The notes under the pieces were generated by a model. The model was not told the DNA's origin and searched no databases. It worked only from the letters and a program-made list of their open reading frames with translations. A stretch of DNA of 64,000 bases from Schmidtea polychroa (taxonomy: Eukaryota), in contig CM097885.1 of NCBI GenBank assembly GCA_044892525.1, forward strand, positions 183,272,001 to 183,336,000. The letters run 5' to 3'. A program made the translations under genes and the position numbers. This document shows positions 52,157 to 64,000 of the stretch, one piece after another; the stretch's first letter is position 1, and every line of letters begins with the position of its first letter.

Positions 52157-54137
52157 GTAGGGACATCCCAGAGAATTTTATAGTCTATTTTAGTACTGTT
52201 CGGTCATAGGGTCGTAAACGAGTCCAAACCTGTCTGCTTTGTTGCTGTTTGCTGTCTGCTTTTTTTCTTTTCTATAAAATTTTGTCAGTCTAGATGTTGC
52301 TAACAAACAATAGACACGTGTGCTGTAAATATTACATGAATTATTAAAATAAAAAAATCATATTGAAAGGATTAAATTCTCCACATAAATGATATTGGAA
52401 AATTGTTTTTGTTATAATAATATATTTCGGAAACGACTTATGAATAAAGTAAAATCTTCTAATATGGCGACCACGCCGATGCTGCGATTTATTCAACCGC
52501 CTAGAACATTTGGAGTTGGTGATGACTTAGAAAAATTTATAGAAGAAACGGACAAAAATCACAGAGGGCTATTCATTTCAACAGAAGGAACTCGGAAATT
52601 TGACCAAACAGATGATGAATTGCACTACAAAATGCGAATTCAAAATGCTTTTATAAAAACATCAAATTTGGCAAGTGATCTCAATACTGCTTTAGCTTAT
52701 CGAAGAGGAGATTATTTGATTATGGAATTTTTTAATGAAAATCAAAAAGTTAGCAAAATGTAGTTCGACACAAGCTGACAGAAGATGATCTTAAATTATT
52801 TTTTATTCAAAATTCCATTGAAGATAATGAAACAAAGAAAGATTTGAAATTAAAAAACCTTGTCCCATTAAATATAATCATGTGGAAGGTCGATCGAGTG
52901 TTGAAATTGAAATTGATGTACATGCTTGATTAGAAAAGAAAACTGCATTTAAAAAAAAACGAACAATATTGCTTCAATCGGATGTCGTTTGGAATTGCTA
53001 CCGTTTCCGCGCCTTTTTAGAAATTTATGAATAAAGTGCTAAGACCACTAAATTGGAAACAAGCTGGAGTTTACTCCGATGATATTTTATTATTTTCAAC
53101 TACTAAAGAAGAAAATATGCAAAGATTTAAAAATGTATAGAAAAGAATCAAAGATTCGGGATTAAATTTGAGTAGAGAAAAATGTCATTTTCTTAAAAGA
53201 GAGACAACATTTTTAGGTCATATTATTAATACGAAAATTGATGCTATTAAACTATCGTTAGAACAAAGTGCTTAAAAAGACTGAGGAGTTTTTTTGGAAC
53301 TCACAAATTACTATCGACGACTTATTGAAAATTTTAAAAAAATATAAAGGAGTTAGAAAGGTCATGTGGCAGCAATCAAACCAAATTAGTGTGGACAGAT
53401 GAATGTCAAACAGCATTTCAAGATATGAAAGAACAACTGATTGGTTTTTCTAGATTTTTGAAAGGAATTTAAACTGGATACAGATGTCTGACAGAATTGG
53501 AGCTGTACTTTCACAACTAGATTCTAATGGAAATGAAAGAGTAATAGCTAATGGATCGAATGCAATAAACGCATTCGAGCTAGGATATTGCATCACCAGA
53601 AAAGAAATGCTTGTAATTTACTATTTTACATTACATTTCAAACACTATTTATACGGAAACCTCTTTACACAACAACTTTACAACATTTACACTCGAAACC
53701 AAAAAGCCAATTACACCACAATATCAGACGCGGATTAATTGTTAACTCTAGATATGAAATTAGGGTACCAGAAAGGTGAATAAGGTAAAGAAAGACACGA
53801 GTTTTAACTTAGATGCCAGGAGATTATGGATCAGAGTGGGCCAAAAAGGTTCTTTAGAAAAATATGGCATAAGAGGAAAGATACAAAAAAGAGAAAAGAC
53901 TAAGTTTGAAATTTATAAAAATGTTGTAAAAACAATCAAAAATAAAATATGATACCAAAGGAAAAGTTAAGACAATTTAGAGAGCGTAACTATCAAACAT
54001 TGATCCAGTCTCTCCAAGATTTCATTGGAGATGACAATGCAGATTTAATCTTTGCTGGAAAACATGAGAAAATCTTGAAGTTCAGTTAGAGAAATTCAGA
54101 ATTCCCGTGGGAATCACAGGAAAATAATCGAATAGAC
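52157..54137 (+). mobile_element. Degenerate Ty3/gypsy element (gag, RT, RNase H remnants)
   Basis: ATGGCGACCACGCCG PBS/gag start, YSDD, LSREKCHFLK…FLGH, IGAVLSQ…RKEML remnants; a second copy of the LTR-end/gag lies at about 20310-20900. Confidence 0.8.
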
Positions 54138-55197
54138 ATGTTGAGGTCTGTAAATTAAAATAAAAAATTTAAATAAAATTTAGGATAATAATTCAAATGG
54201 AAAGTAAGCGAGGAAAAATGGCAAATAAAAGCGGGATCGTGCACAGAATTAATAGTAAAGGAAAGTGCGATGGAAACAGTATTAGAAAATGCAAAAAGCA
54301 ATTACGAAAGGCGAGAATCCGGAAATCCGAGAAAAATTAATAAATGGAAAAATCATCGAAATCGAATGGGAAAAACGGGACAGGTATAGATTAGCTAATG
54401 GTCAACAAGATGATGGTTAGGGATTTATCAGAAAAGGGTTAGGAAGGGTCGAAAAACATTCAAACGTATGAAAACAGAAAACGTTAATTAATTAATTAAT
54501 TGGCTAATGAAAAACCCGAGCTAATGGGAAACCCGAGCCAATGGAGAACCCGAGAGATAAAGGAAACCCGAGCTGGGTAAACAAGAAGAAAGGCAAACAA
54601 AAGGAAGATTTGGGCCCATTAGCTTGACACAATGATTAATGGGAAAAGAGTAAGGAGAAGATAGCGCGCGTAGGAAGACCGGTAGGGCCATTAATTATCT
54701 GGATTCGTTGGACCATTATGGATGACAGCCGAAGCAAACACGTAGGAGAAAATGTCAAACGAAAGATTGGCTCGGCAATAACCATTTGTCATCCTGATTT
54801 CGAGGAGTATATAAGCAAAGGGAAAATCAGAGAAAATCGGCATTTTGCCTCAGGTAGGGTAAGAAGAATCGAGAATAATCGAGAGGTAAAAACGAATTTA
54901 AGGAAGTAGGGAAAAGAAGAAATAGAATTAAGAATACGGAAAGGCAGAAAGGGATCAAACCAAAGAGAAACCGAGGAAAAAGAGAGTCGAGAGAACTAAA
55001 GGAACAAAAGGTGAATATTGTTTGTTGGCAAAGCATCAACGCCGAGCGGAGAATCGTATAAAACTTTGATTAGTAATTGTAGCGTGATAATAAATTGTGA
55101 ACCTGTTGTTTCAATATACGTTGGGTCGTTCATTGTTTTAATTTAAAGAACACCAGGAGTCAGAGAGAACCGACTTGAAATAATCCAAAACCCAACA
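54138..55197 (+). mobile_element. Probable LTR (~1.06 kb, TGTTGAGG…CCCAACA); related LTR end at about 57600-57984
   Basis: TG…CA termini, A-rich body, internal AACCCGAG tandem motifs; GGAGTCAGAG…AAAACCCAACA shared with 57936-57984. Confidence 0.55.
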
Positions 55198-55339
55198 GAC
55201 AGTATCGTTTATTTTATGTAAACAACCTTGCAGATGTCTTAATAGCTTCTGTTCACGAGAACCCATGCACTTTTGATTCCTCTTCCGCAGTTGATAAAAA
55301 GAACAAAAACGTTTTTGAAACTTATGGATGAAATAAATC

Positions 55340-55800
55340 TAACTCTGAATACGTTGCTCATGGAAACCTAGTTAAATGCTACAAGTGTGGCGAGGATCAC
55401 GACGTGCGATCTCAATGAAAACTATTTGTCTACTATTTTGTCTACTATTTGTCAAACTGCAAAACAAATTTGATGGGAAGAGTGTAGGAACATTTTTAGA
55501 TACTGAGTGTTCGCAAAATCTGATGGAAGATAGCTACAGGCTCGAAATTAAACAATACTGTTATTGGTTGGAGGCAATAATTTAACTTACTGTCAAAAAG
55601 TCGTGGAAATAAATGTTAGTGATTAGAAAATTAAATATTTTGATTACTATAACTGGATATGGATTACTAGAAATGGATATCGTTGGATTTCTGAGAGTAT
55701 GGGAGGTATCAATGTTAGAGTTTCCATTTGTCCAAGATTCTATGGGGCAGTGCCAGATTCTATCTTCATGTCCTGTATGAATATAAGTCCGGAATTAGAG
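55340..55800 (+). mobile_element. Gypsy zinc knuckle/protease remnant
   Basis: VKCYKCGEDH and TFLDTECSQNLM fragments. Confidence 0.55.
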
Positions 55801-55879
55801 ATTCGTAAATTATCAAAATTAATTTAGTTTATGTTATATTTCCACATATAACTCAAATGGTTTTCAGAGCTTTATATTG

Positions 55880-56302
55880 ACAACATTGTAAATCAACACT
55901 ATTATAAACATTTCTGTGAAAATCATATTCCTTGTAGTAATTTAATAAAAATATAGAATTTACATTGTTTGTCAGGCACAAATGCTATCACAGAAAGAGT
56001 TTTTACAATTATTAATAATATATTGAAAGCAGATAAATCACAATTGAATATTGATATTTTGATGGCAATGGTTATAATAAAGCTTAATTTCGAATCCAAT
56101 ACTTGAGAGAACTTCATACAGCAAATAGTCCTTAAAAATTCATTTTCTCACAAAATGCACATAAAACCAATTAAATTACTGATATGTTATTAAATAAATT
56201 TTTATTGTATTAGTATTTGTTTCATTAAGAATAATTTTTAAAACTATTTTTATAAAATTACCCCCCCGGACAGATTGTACTCAAGAAAAAATGGTCACCC
56301 TA
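55880..56302 (+). mobile_element. hAT 3' remnant
   Basis: GTNAITERVF…LNIDILMAM…KLNF dimerisation-domain pattern; terminal ATGGTCACCCTA. Confidence 0.65.
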
Positions 56303-56599
56303 ATCAATGTGGATCCTGAAAATAAATTTCTTCAATATCAAATGAATCAATATTTTACTGATTAATTAAAAATGAAGGCAAAATAGTTTTAAAAAAATGA
56401 TGGTGTCAGTAAGGATACCGAAATTCAACAACTAAATATAGAACGAAGATTTCACTTGTCATGAGTAGGTAGATAGTAGCGCACGGGAACAATTACCCCC
56501 CCCGGGGGGAGGGGTTTGTTCCCAAATTTTTATTACGCAATTGTTCCCAACTCATTTTTTTGCTTTCAGGGATTTTTGGTCCAAATTTTTTTTTATCAC

Positions 56600-56925
56600 A
56601 CTATAGTGAGGGGGTCTCGATGGTCCTGGGATTTTCAATACAAATAAAATTTTTTCAATACAAAAAGGCGGTCTCACTAAAAAAGCATGGAATTTTCAGA
56701 CTATAGTGAGGGGGTCTCGATGGTCCTGGGATTTTCAATACAAAAAATTTTTTTCTATACAAAAATCCTACTATCAATAAAAAAGCATGGTAATTTAAGG
56801 TCTCAGGATATTTTCAATACAAATAGGCGGTCTACACTAAAAAGCCAAGGATTTTTCAGACTATAGTGAGGTGAGTCTCCTTGGACCTGAGAAAAAGGTG
56901 GTCTACACTAAAAAACGTGGTAAAT
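56600..56925. repeat. Three copies of an ACTATAGTGAG…-containing 100-160 bp unit
   Basis: Motif at 56600, 56700 and 56860 with shared downstream sequence. Confidence 0.85.
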
Positions 56926-56926
56926 T

Positions 56927-57530
56927 TTTCAATTAAAGTAAATAATGGTTCTAAAAAATTAAATTACAGTAAATAATGGCTCAAAAATTTAAATTAAAGT
57001 AAATTATGGTCCAAATTTTTCAATTAAAGTAAATTATGGTTCTAAAAAATTAAATTACAGTAAATTATGGTCCAAATTTTTCAATTAAAGTAAATAATGG
57101 TTCTAAAAAATTAAATTAAAGTAAATTTAAGTTCTTAAAAATTAAATTACAGTAAATAATGGTTCTAAAAAATTAAATTAAAGTAAATTATGGTCCAAAT
57201 TTTTAAATTAAAGTAAATAATGGTTCTAAAAAATTAAATTAAAGTAAATTAAGGTTCTAAAAATTAAATTACAGTAAATAATGGTTCTAAAAAATTAAAT
57301 TAAAGTAAATTATGGTCCAAATTTTTAAATTAAAGTAAATAATGGTTCTAAAAAATTAAATTAAAGTAAATTAAGGTTCTAAAAATTAAATTACAGTAAA
57401 TTATGGTTCTAAATTTTAAATTAAAGTTAATTAAGGTCCAAATTTTTAAATTAAGTAATCAATGGTAAAAAATTTTAAATAAGTAATAATTTTTAAATAA
57501 GTAAATTAAAGTAATGTAATAAGTAAATTA
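56927..57530. repeat. AT-rich minisatellite (~27-bp unit AAATTA(A/C)AGTAAAT(A/T)ATGGT…)
   Basis: About 20 visible tandem units with periodic variants. Confidence 0.9.
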
Positions 57531-58182
57531 AAGTAAGATTTTAAAATTTATTAACAAAAAGTTGAAGGTGTTTGAGAATTGAAATTTTTTAATGGAAATT
57601 TTTATGAAATAATTTTTTAAGATAACTTTTAATGTAGGGAAGAAGAAATCGACAATAGGAATTTGAGGAACAAAGTCAAGAAAAAATGAAATTATAAGAG
57701 GAATTAAAGAGTTAGAAAAGAATTATTAAAAGAGTTCGGATCAGAGAGTGGAATCAAATAAAAAGGTGAAACTTATTTTTAAATCGCACAAGGTCGAGAC
57801 TTTCCAGAGCGAAGTTCGATCGAAAATTGGGAGCAAAATCGTGGTTAACTAAAAGTTGTAATTATTTGTTGAGCATTGTAAATTTGCTATAAAACAAATA
57901 TACTTTTGGAGTTTGTGCTTATTAATTTAACACGTGGAGTCAGAGTAACCAACGGTCGACTTTTTAGTATCATAAAACCCAACAATTGTGATCAAAGTAG
58001 GTATATAAATATTGAGGTTTTAGTTATATTTACTTAAGAACTATACATGCACTGATTCCAATATAAATAATAATATTTTTAGCTTCACTTATTAAATTTA
58101 AAAATATATTTCAATACAATTAAAGAATATTCTAAAAAAATTAAATATTTATATAAATGCAAATATCGTTACTCTCCACTTT

Positions 58183-59090
58183 TTAAGAACAGCGATACCC
58201 CTTCAGACATTCAATTCTTCTGCATTTCTTTCCATCTGGATTTTCAAGCTCGACTTGGTGTTCTGTTGGAAAACCAATGCTCTTTACAGGTCCCTCGAAC
58301 AAATTAATATTCCTTAACCTTTTTTGTGGATCAATTTTTACTAGAGCTTCTCGACGCACCTCAAAATGTCGATGTACCTTCTTATCAGCATCACTTGATC
58401 TCATTTTATTTGTAGCTATCATAAGATTATTTTGTGCCTTCAGTACTACTTGTTCTTGATTCAAGTCTATGAATTAATTCTTCCAATGTATATTAACCTT
58501 TCTTCCAAATAGTATGTCCATTGGCGAAAATTCCATAGAATTTTGCGCTGTCGAGTTTAATAAATATTCAATTTTCGGCATAATATCCATCCATCATCCT
58601 CCACTTCACTCATAGTTCGAAAATGTCACGATCATATCACGATGCGTTCGTATAACTCGTTCTGCCAAACCGCTAGACTTGTGATCATACGGTGAAGCAA
58701 ATATCCATTCGATATTATTAGTATTCACTAATTCCCTGATCTAACTTCCCCCAAGGACCTTACCTCTATCTGAAACTATGCAACTTGTCCTACCTAACTT
58801 GTATATTCAGTTGTGTAATAGCACGCGATATATGATCTTCTCATCTCACATTTGAGTCGGTCTTAAACAAGCCATCTTGCTGTTGTTGATTAATTATTAC
58901 GAACAAATAGCAGTTGAGATTCCTGATGCCCTTCATATGAGCTATATGGATTATAATTTGTTCCATCGAATTCATTATTACTTTGGAAATAAAATACTTT
59001 GATGTTTTTTTGTTATAACTTTCCTTTTCATAAACAAATCACATTTCTAAATAATATCTCGTATATCGGTCACCATGTGTATCCATAAAA
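58183..59090 (-). mobile_element. Gypsy integrase remnant
   Basis: IFASPYDHKSSGLAERVIRT core and EGP C-terminal motif on the minus strand. Confidence 0.65.
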
Positions 59091-59790
59091 AATGATAGGT
59101 CATATAACTTGTTATTTTCTCAACTCCCAGATGACAAAGTTATTTTCTATATTTATAAAAAATTCTTCTGTAATTTTTTTTATCTATATTGGTTCTTTAT
59201 GCTATGTTAATATTTATATATATATATATATATATAGATATCATTTGATTAAATTTGCGAGTCTTGTGTATGTGCGTGAAACAGGTTTGTGAATCACTGA
59301 TAAATATCAAGTTTTAAGATTTTCCTTTGTCCTTATTTGTTTCTAAGCTATCCATCAATATTTAACAAAATTAATGCTTATAAAAACCATCTTATAAAAA
59401 CAGTTTTTAGTATAAATTCTCATGATTTCAAATCATTTTCAAATAAATAATTTTTTTCCAAAATTCAAAATGCCGTTAAGATTTCAAGTTTTAGCGCTAT
59501 CAAGTTGACAGTATCAACACAACTTTTATTTATTAGTGGGTTTGTGTGTGTGGCACCAAAACTTCTCATTAACAATGAGTCTATTCACCAAGTATTAGCT
59601 CGATCGCATGACTGGAAGTGGGTTAATTAGTCCTCGCAAGATTTGCGTGCCACATACATTCAACGCTAGTGAATTTAATATAAATGATTTTTAAAAAATT
59701 ATTATTTACCATTTAAAAACAAAAGCTTTTTTCAAATAATGGTAAAAATTAAAAACAGGCAAATAATTTTAATAATTTTCGTATTTACAG

Positions 59791-60690
59791 ATGTCTCTAT
59801 TCCGATCAGAAATCCAAGTTCCTATTAATAAAGGAAATATTGAAGCAAGAAATAGTATAGACTCATCCGACAATTTTAATTTTGGTAATTTTTCAGCGCC
59901 GTCTTTTGATCAGTGGTGTAATAAATTCAAAACCCAATTTAGGCTTGATGAAAAAGCTTTACCAGGTTATAATTTAGAGAAACTTTATCCTGATCATGAT
60001 CTAGTAAATGAAACGGATAGTGGATTTTCGTCTCTTAATTTGGAAAATATATTTTGCCAGTTACAGACCCAAATAGCTAAAGGAAGTGATGACAATATGC
60101 ATTTCAAGGCTAAATTTGACATAAAAGATGTTGTTGATCCCGACAAAATCAAGGTGTTTGTTAGAGAAACGTCACTTATATTGAGTATTGAATATAAGGA
60201 AACAGTAGATTTAAAGTGTTCCATTACTAGAGAATATATTAAAAAGTTCAATTTGCCTTCAAATATAGTATCTGACTCGATTACATGCACTATTTCAACT
60301 GACAACATCCTTATATTGGACGGCATTCTTGATTCGAGTCTTGATCAGAGAAAACATTCGACAATCTCTTTATCCAATTCATTTCCTTATAGAAGCCAAA
60401 GTTTAGTTAGCTCGTCATCAAGTAATTCTCTCCTTCACAGTCCAACGACAAATGACAAATATAGTATTTGTGTCAATATTGGAAGTCATTACAACCCTCA
60501 AGATATTTCTATAAAGACGAAAGACGATAAGATTTTCATTAAAGCCCGACATGAAGAAAAATCAGATTCCAGAATAAATTATAGAGAATTTTCTAAAGAA
60601 ATTTTATTACCTGATCGAGTAGACCCTCTTTCTTTGAGTGCTATTTTCACAAACGGTTACTTGTCTATTGAAGCCCCTTATATTAGTTAA
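59791..60690 (+). CDS. Small heat-shock protein with two alpha-crystallin domains (p40/major egg antigen-like)
   Basis: Intact 299-aa ORF; two ACD-like repeats (DNMHFKAKFDI…REYIKKFNLP…LILDG; DKYSICVNIGSHYNPQDISIK…REFSKEILLPDRVDP…LSIEAP); preceded directly by a TTTACAG acceptor. Confidence 0.9.
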   Translation: MSLFRSEIQVPINKGNIEARNSIDSSDNFNFGNFSAPSFDQWCNKFKTQFRLDEKALPGYNLEKLYPDHDLVNETDSGFSSLNLENIFCQLQTQIAKGSDDNMHFKAKFDIKDVVDPDKIKVFVRETSLILSIEYKETVDLKCSITREYIKKFNLPSNIVSDSITCTISTDNILILDGILDSSLDQRKHSTISLSNSFPYRSQSLVSSSSSNSLLHSPTTNDKYSICVNIGSHYNPQDISIKTKDDKIFIKARHEEKSDSRINYREFSKEILLPDRVDPLSLSAIFTNGYLSIEAPYIS

Positions 60691-60699
60691 TGAAAATAA

Positions 60700-61063
60700 T
60701 TAGTATATTTGTATTTATACAACTTGATTTTTATCATTTGTATTCTAAGCCTTAATAAATGTTTTTTATGCGTTTTAATAATTTGAAGTTCTTTTTGAAA
60801 GGAATTCGTCGATATATTTGTCTCTGTATTATACCATTTGTATTGGGGTGGTACAGACTTGAAAATATCAATTCCATTTCGGATGTTTCCGTTAATGATT
60901 TCATTCTTTTGCATTTGAAATTCAACGCGCCAAACTTCAAGGTCCATTTATTTAGCTAGATTCTTCCAATTGCCGTTTCTTCTTGTCTATTTATTGCTGT
61001 AGTTATCGATTATCCTGCACATATACTTCCTTGCTCTCCATGAACCACATCCATATATACTTT
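60700..61063 (-). mobile_element. Gypsy integrase remnant interrupted by the hAT at 61072
   Basis: SSLYHPNTNGII.R fragment. Confidence 0.55.
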
Positions 61064-61071
61064 CTCGAATG

Positions 61072-63253
61072 TAGGGGATCTGAGCCGACCCAACTCGAGC
61101 CCGAACTCGGCGGGTTTTTGCCTTTTTTAAAATCCGAAACCCGAGCATAAAAACTTTCCGGGTTTGGGTTTTAATTATTGAAAAAATAAAAATTAAAAGG
61201 TTAACATGAATCAGACTTTGAGTTTATTAATTTACTCAAAATGTTTATATTTTTTCAATGTTTATATTTTAACAACTGATAATGAAAAGATTGCTTGAAA
61301 TCGGTTATAAAGATAATTAAAAAACCTTTTGCTTAACTAGCAAATTATATCTCAATCGGGCGCTTATTTCGGCATCTTAATGATCTCAAAATTACTGAAT
61401 TAAAACTATGAGTCGTTTGTTTAAATTAAGATATAGATACAAATATTTTTTGAATTTATTTGTGTTTGCTTTTATATAAATAATTGAATATAAACCAATC
61501 AAGTATTGTTTTTATTTGATTTTGACTTTTTAGAAAAATTCTACAAGCACAATGTTAAACAAGAAACAATCTGGAGTTTGGAAACACTTTAAATCTGGCA
61601 GTTATAAAGATACAGCAATTTGCGATTTTTGTTCATTACTAATGAGCTGCAAACAAAGCACAACGTCTGCAATGAAAAGATATTTAATCACTCAGCATCA
61701 CATCACCGAATCAACCAAGGAAGATCAACAACTAAAGAAAATTAAAAACATTGAATCATTTATTAAAAGGATAACGTTGGAAGAAATCGTAGCGAAGTTG
61801 GCAGCAAAGGATGGAATTTCGACCAGAGCAATTACAAGATCTGAGGGAATTAGAAAAGAAATATCTTCCTGATACTTCAATCTGTCCAAAAGTGAGTCCT
61901 GCGTGATGCAACTTATCCATAATTTCGCTGAAAGCAAAAAAGAGAAATTATTGAAGAAAGCGAGTGGGAAATCGTCAAAGGATATAAATTTCCAATCACT
62001 CTTGATGAATGGACCAGCTTTGCAACTCGTCATTATTTAAAATCAACCTGTACAAGACCGACTCAAGTGTGATCAATCTCGGTCTTGTGAGAATTCTGCG
62101 CAGTTGTAAGGCCAAAGAAATGGTTAATATAGTAGAAGCCCATTTGAAATATTTTTAAATATCATACAAACATGACATTGTTGCAACGACTGATGATGGT
62201 GCAAGCGTTATGATTGCTTTTGGAGAGAGAAGTCCAACACTATCAAATTTGCCTTGCTTATGGTCTCCAGCTCGGTATTTTTCACACTCTGTATAAAATT
62301 CACGATAATGCAAGCGATAATATTGCAGAAGACTCTGATATTCAAAAAGATGACGATTTTGAAATTGTAAACGAAGTGGAAGATCATATTTCCAATTTTA
62401 GTAATGAACAAATCTCACAGAACATGAATAAAGTGAGGAAAATTGTCAAATTTTTTTAATTCTCTGCTTCTCGGGGAGATCTTTTTGCAATTAAAGTAAA
62501 AGAAAGATTCAACTCCAACGTGCAACTTTCACTTGACTGTAAAACTTGTTGGAGCTCGATGCTGTTCATGCTGGAAAAGTTTTTGAAACTATATGAAGCG
62601 GTCGTAGAAGCGCTTGAAGAACTAGGTGCAGAAAATTTGTTTCATAATATTAATGTTCTGATGAAATTAGAGGGTCAGTTAAATGATATCGGAATAAAAT
62701 TTCTTATAAATCTTATGAAATACGTGGATCTACGATTGGTCCCGAATCTCATTGAACTTCAGAAAGCGTTCTACCAACAAGATGACTATTGATTTTGGAA
62801 TCAATTTATTTGAAGTGACTATTCCCACAAATTGAAATTCTTAGCGAACAAGAAATTTCAATGGAAACTCAAATAATAATTCCTCTAACCCCCGACGAAG
62901 AACTTAGACAATTACTCGAAGCAGATAAACCATCAGATAAATTAGAGCCAGAAGAATTCGACAATTTGAAATAGGAGTTTACTTTACACAAAAATACAGT
63001 CAAGTTAACAAAACACTTTTACTGTCTTTTCAGTGCGAATTAAAACGATAAAACTGACTTCAACTGAAGCTCCACAAGAATTCGTTCTAGTCTTTCTGAT
63101 AAATCCATAAGACACCTTGTATTTTTGAAATTCTATTTTGCTCGTGAAAATTCTTAATAAAACTTATTAAATCTCTAAATATTTTTCTTATATAAAACCC
63201 GAAAACCTCGGGTCGGGTTCGAGTTTTAAAATATCGGGTTTCCGGATCACATA
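61072..63253 (+). mobile_element. Degenerate hAT transposon with BED finger
   Basis: Perfect TSD CTCGAATG (61064-61071 and 63254-63261); imperfect TIRs; ACCCGA subterminal motifs; VWKHF…CDFC…H BED finger, TLDEWT, LDCKTCWSS remnants with stops and frameshifts. Confidence 0.88.
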
Positions 63254-64000
63254 CTCGAATGGTTCTGTAGTCATGATGGTCTTTGTCTTGTCTTTAACCT
63301 TTAAGGTAAATGTTCTCAATTTCATGATTGCTTGACATCTTCATACTACTGTCTTTAGTTCGTTCTTTTGGTTCTACATAATGAAATAGTTTTGAATGTA
63401 CTCACTTAAATTTTGACATCTGTGTTTCCTTTATTAGTTCTTATGTCTTGGATTTTAGTATCCAGATCTTAATATTAATATATATTGTATCATTCTCTAT
63501 TTTATTAATTTATCGCCTTTGTTTTCGTTAATTTTTAACTCTTATCTCTTTAATTTAATAGTTTTTTCTTGCCATTTATTTGTGTTGGGGTGGAACCGAA
63601 AAATTAAAATTTTATTTGAATGTGTCAAAAAACTATATAATAAAAACTTCACCAAGTTGAGTTAAAGTCTATGATTAAAAATCAAATAATACAAAGCTAA
63701 GTACACAACTCCATGAGGATAAATAAACACGTCTAATAAAAATGATAGACCAAGATATTACAATCACAAACATGGTTAAGAGAGAAACAACGCAATCGAA
63801 AAATTTGCCAACTCGAAAAGAAGAGGATAATGAATAAAAGAACGAATTAGTAAGATCGAAAATTAGAGCTGATTATTGGTCATTTTTACATACGAAAAAG
63901 CTATGAGAAAATGGGCAGAATTTAAAAGAGAGAATAAGAAAGAATAATTAAATATTTACTATGAAAAAATCCCCATGAAAATAACTAAAGAAATGGAGGA

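Noticed and set aside
56600-57530. Regular repeats as a CRISPR-like array
   Set aside because: Eukaryotic context, no unique spacers, no cas genes; these are tandem repeats.

Overview
AT-rich eukaryotic genomic DNA from a draft assembly (three N gaps). It is most likely a flatworm such as a planarian; this is inferred from the double-alpha-crystallin p40-type sHSP, the CsRn1-clade retrotransposon, the short AT-rich introns and the base composition. Two host genes are supported. (1) MOCS1/MoaA (GTP 3',8-cyclase) on the minus strand: seven exons reconstructed in frame from 46422 to 6635, with a 35.6 kb fifth intron; the terminal exon(s) were not found. (2) A small heat-shock protein with two alpha-crystallin domains (59791-60690, +). 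Most of the rest is transposon-derived: a near-intact CsRn1-clade Ty3/gypsy gag-pol, an apparently intact hATm-like transposon with TIRs and an 8-bp TSD next to a deleted relative, a FLYWCH-MULE transposase with one stop, several hAT elements/MITEs with TSDs, and LINE and gypsy remnants. The most unusual content is unrecognised accessory genes in LTR-element context: an env-like membrane ORF followed by a DEDDh (REXO4/ISG20-like) exonuclease-fold ORF just before a PPT/3' LTR, and a five-copy CxxC + coiled-coil ORF, each copy behind a splice acceptor, with a conserved probably antisense-coding block near a CCCAACA LTR-type terminus.
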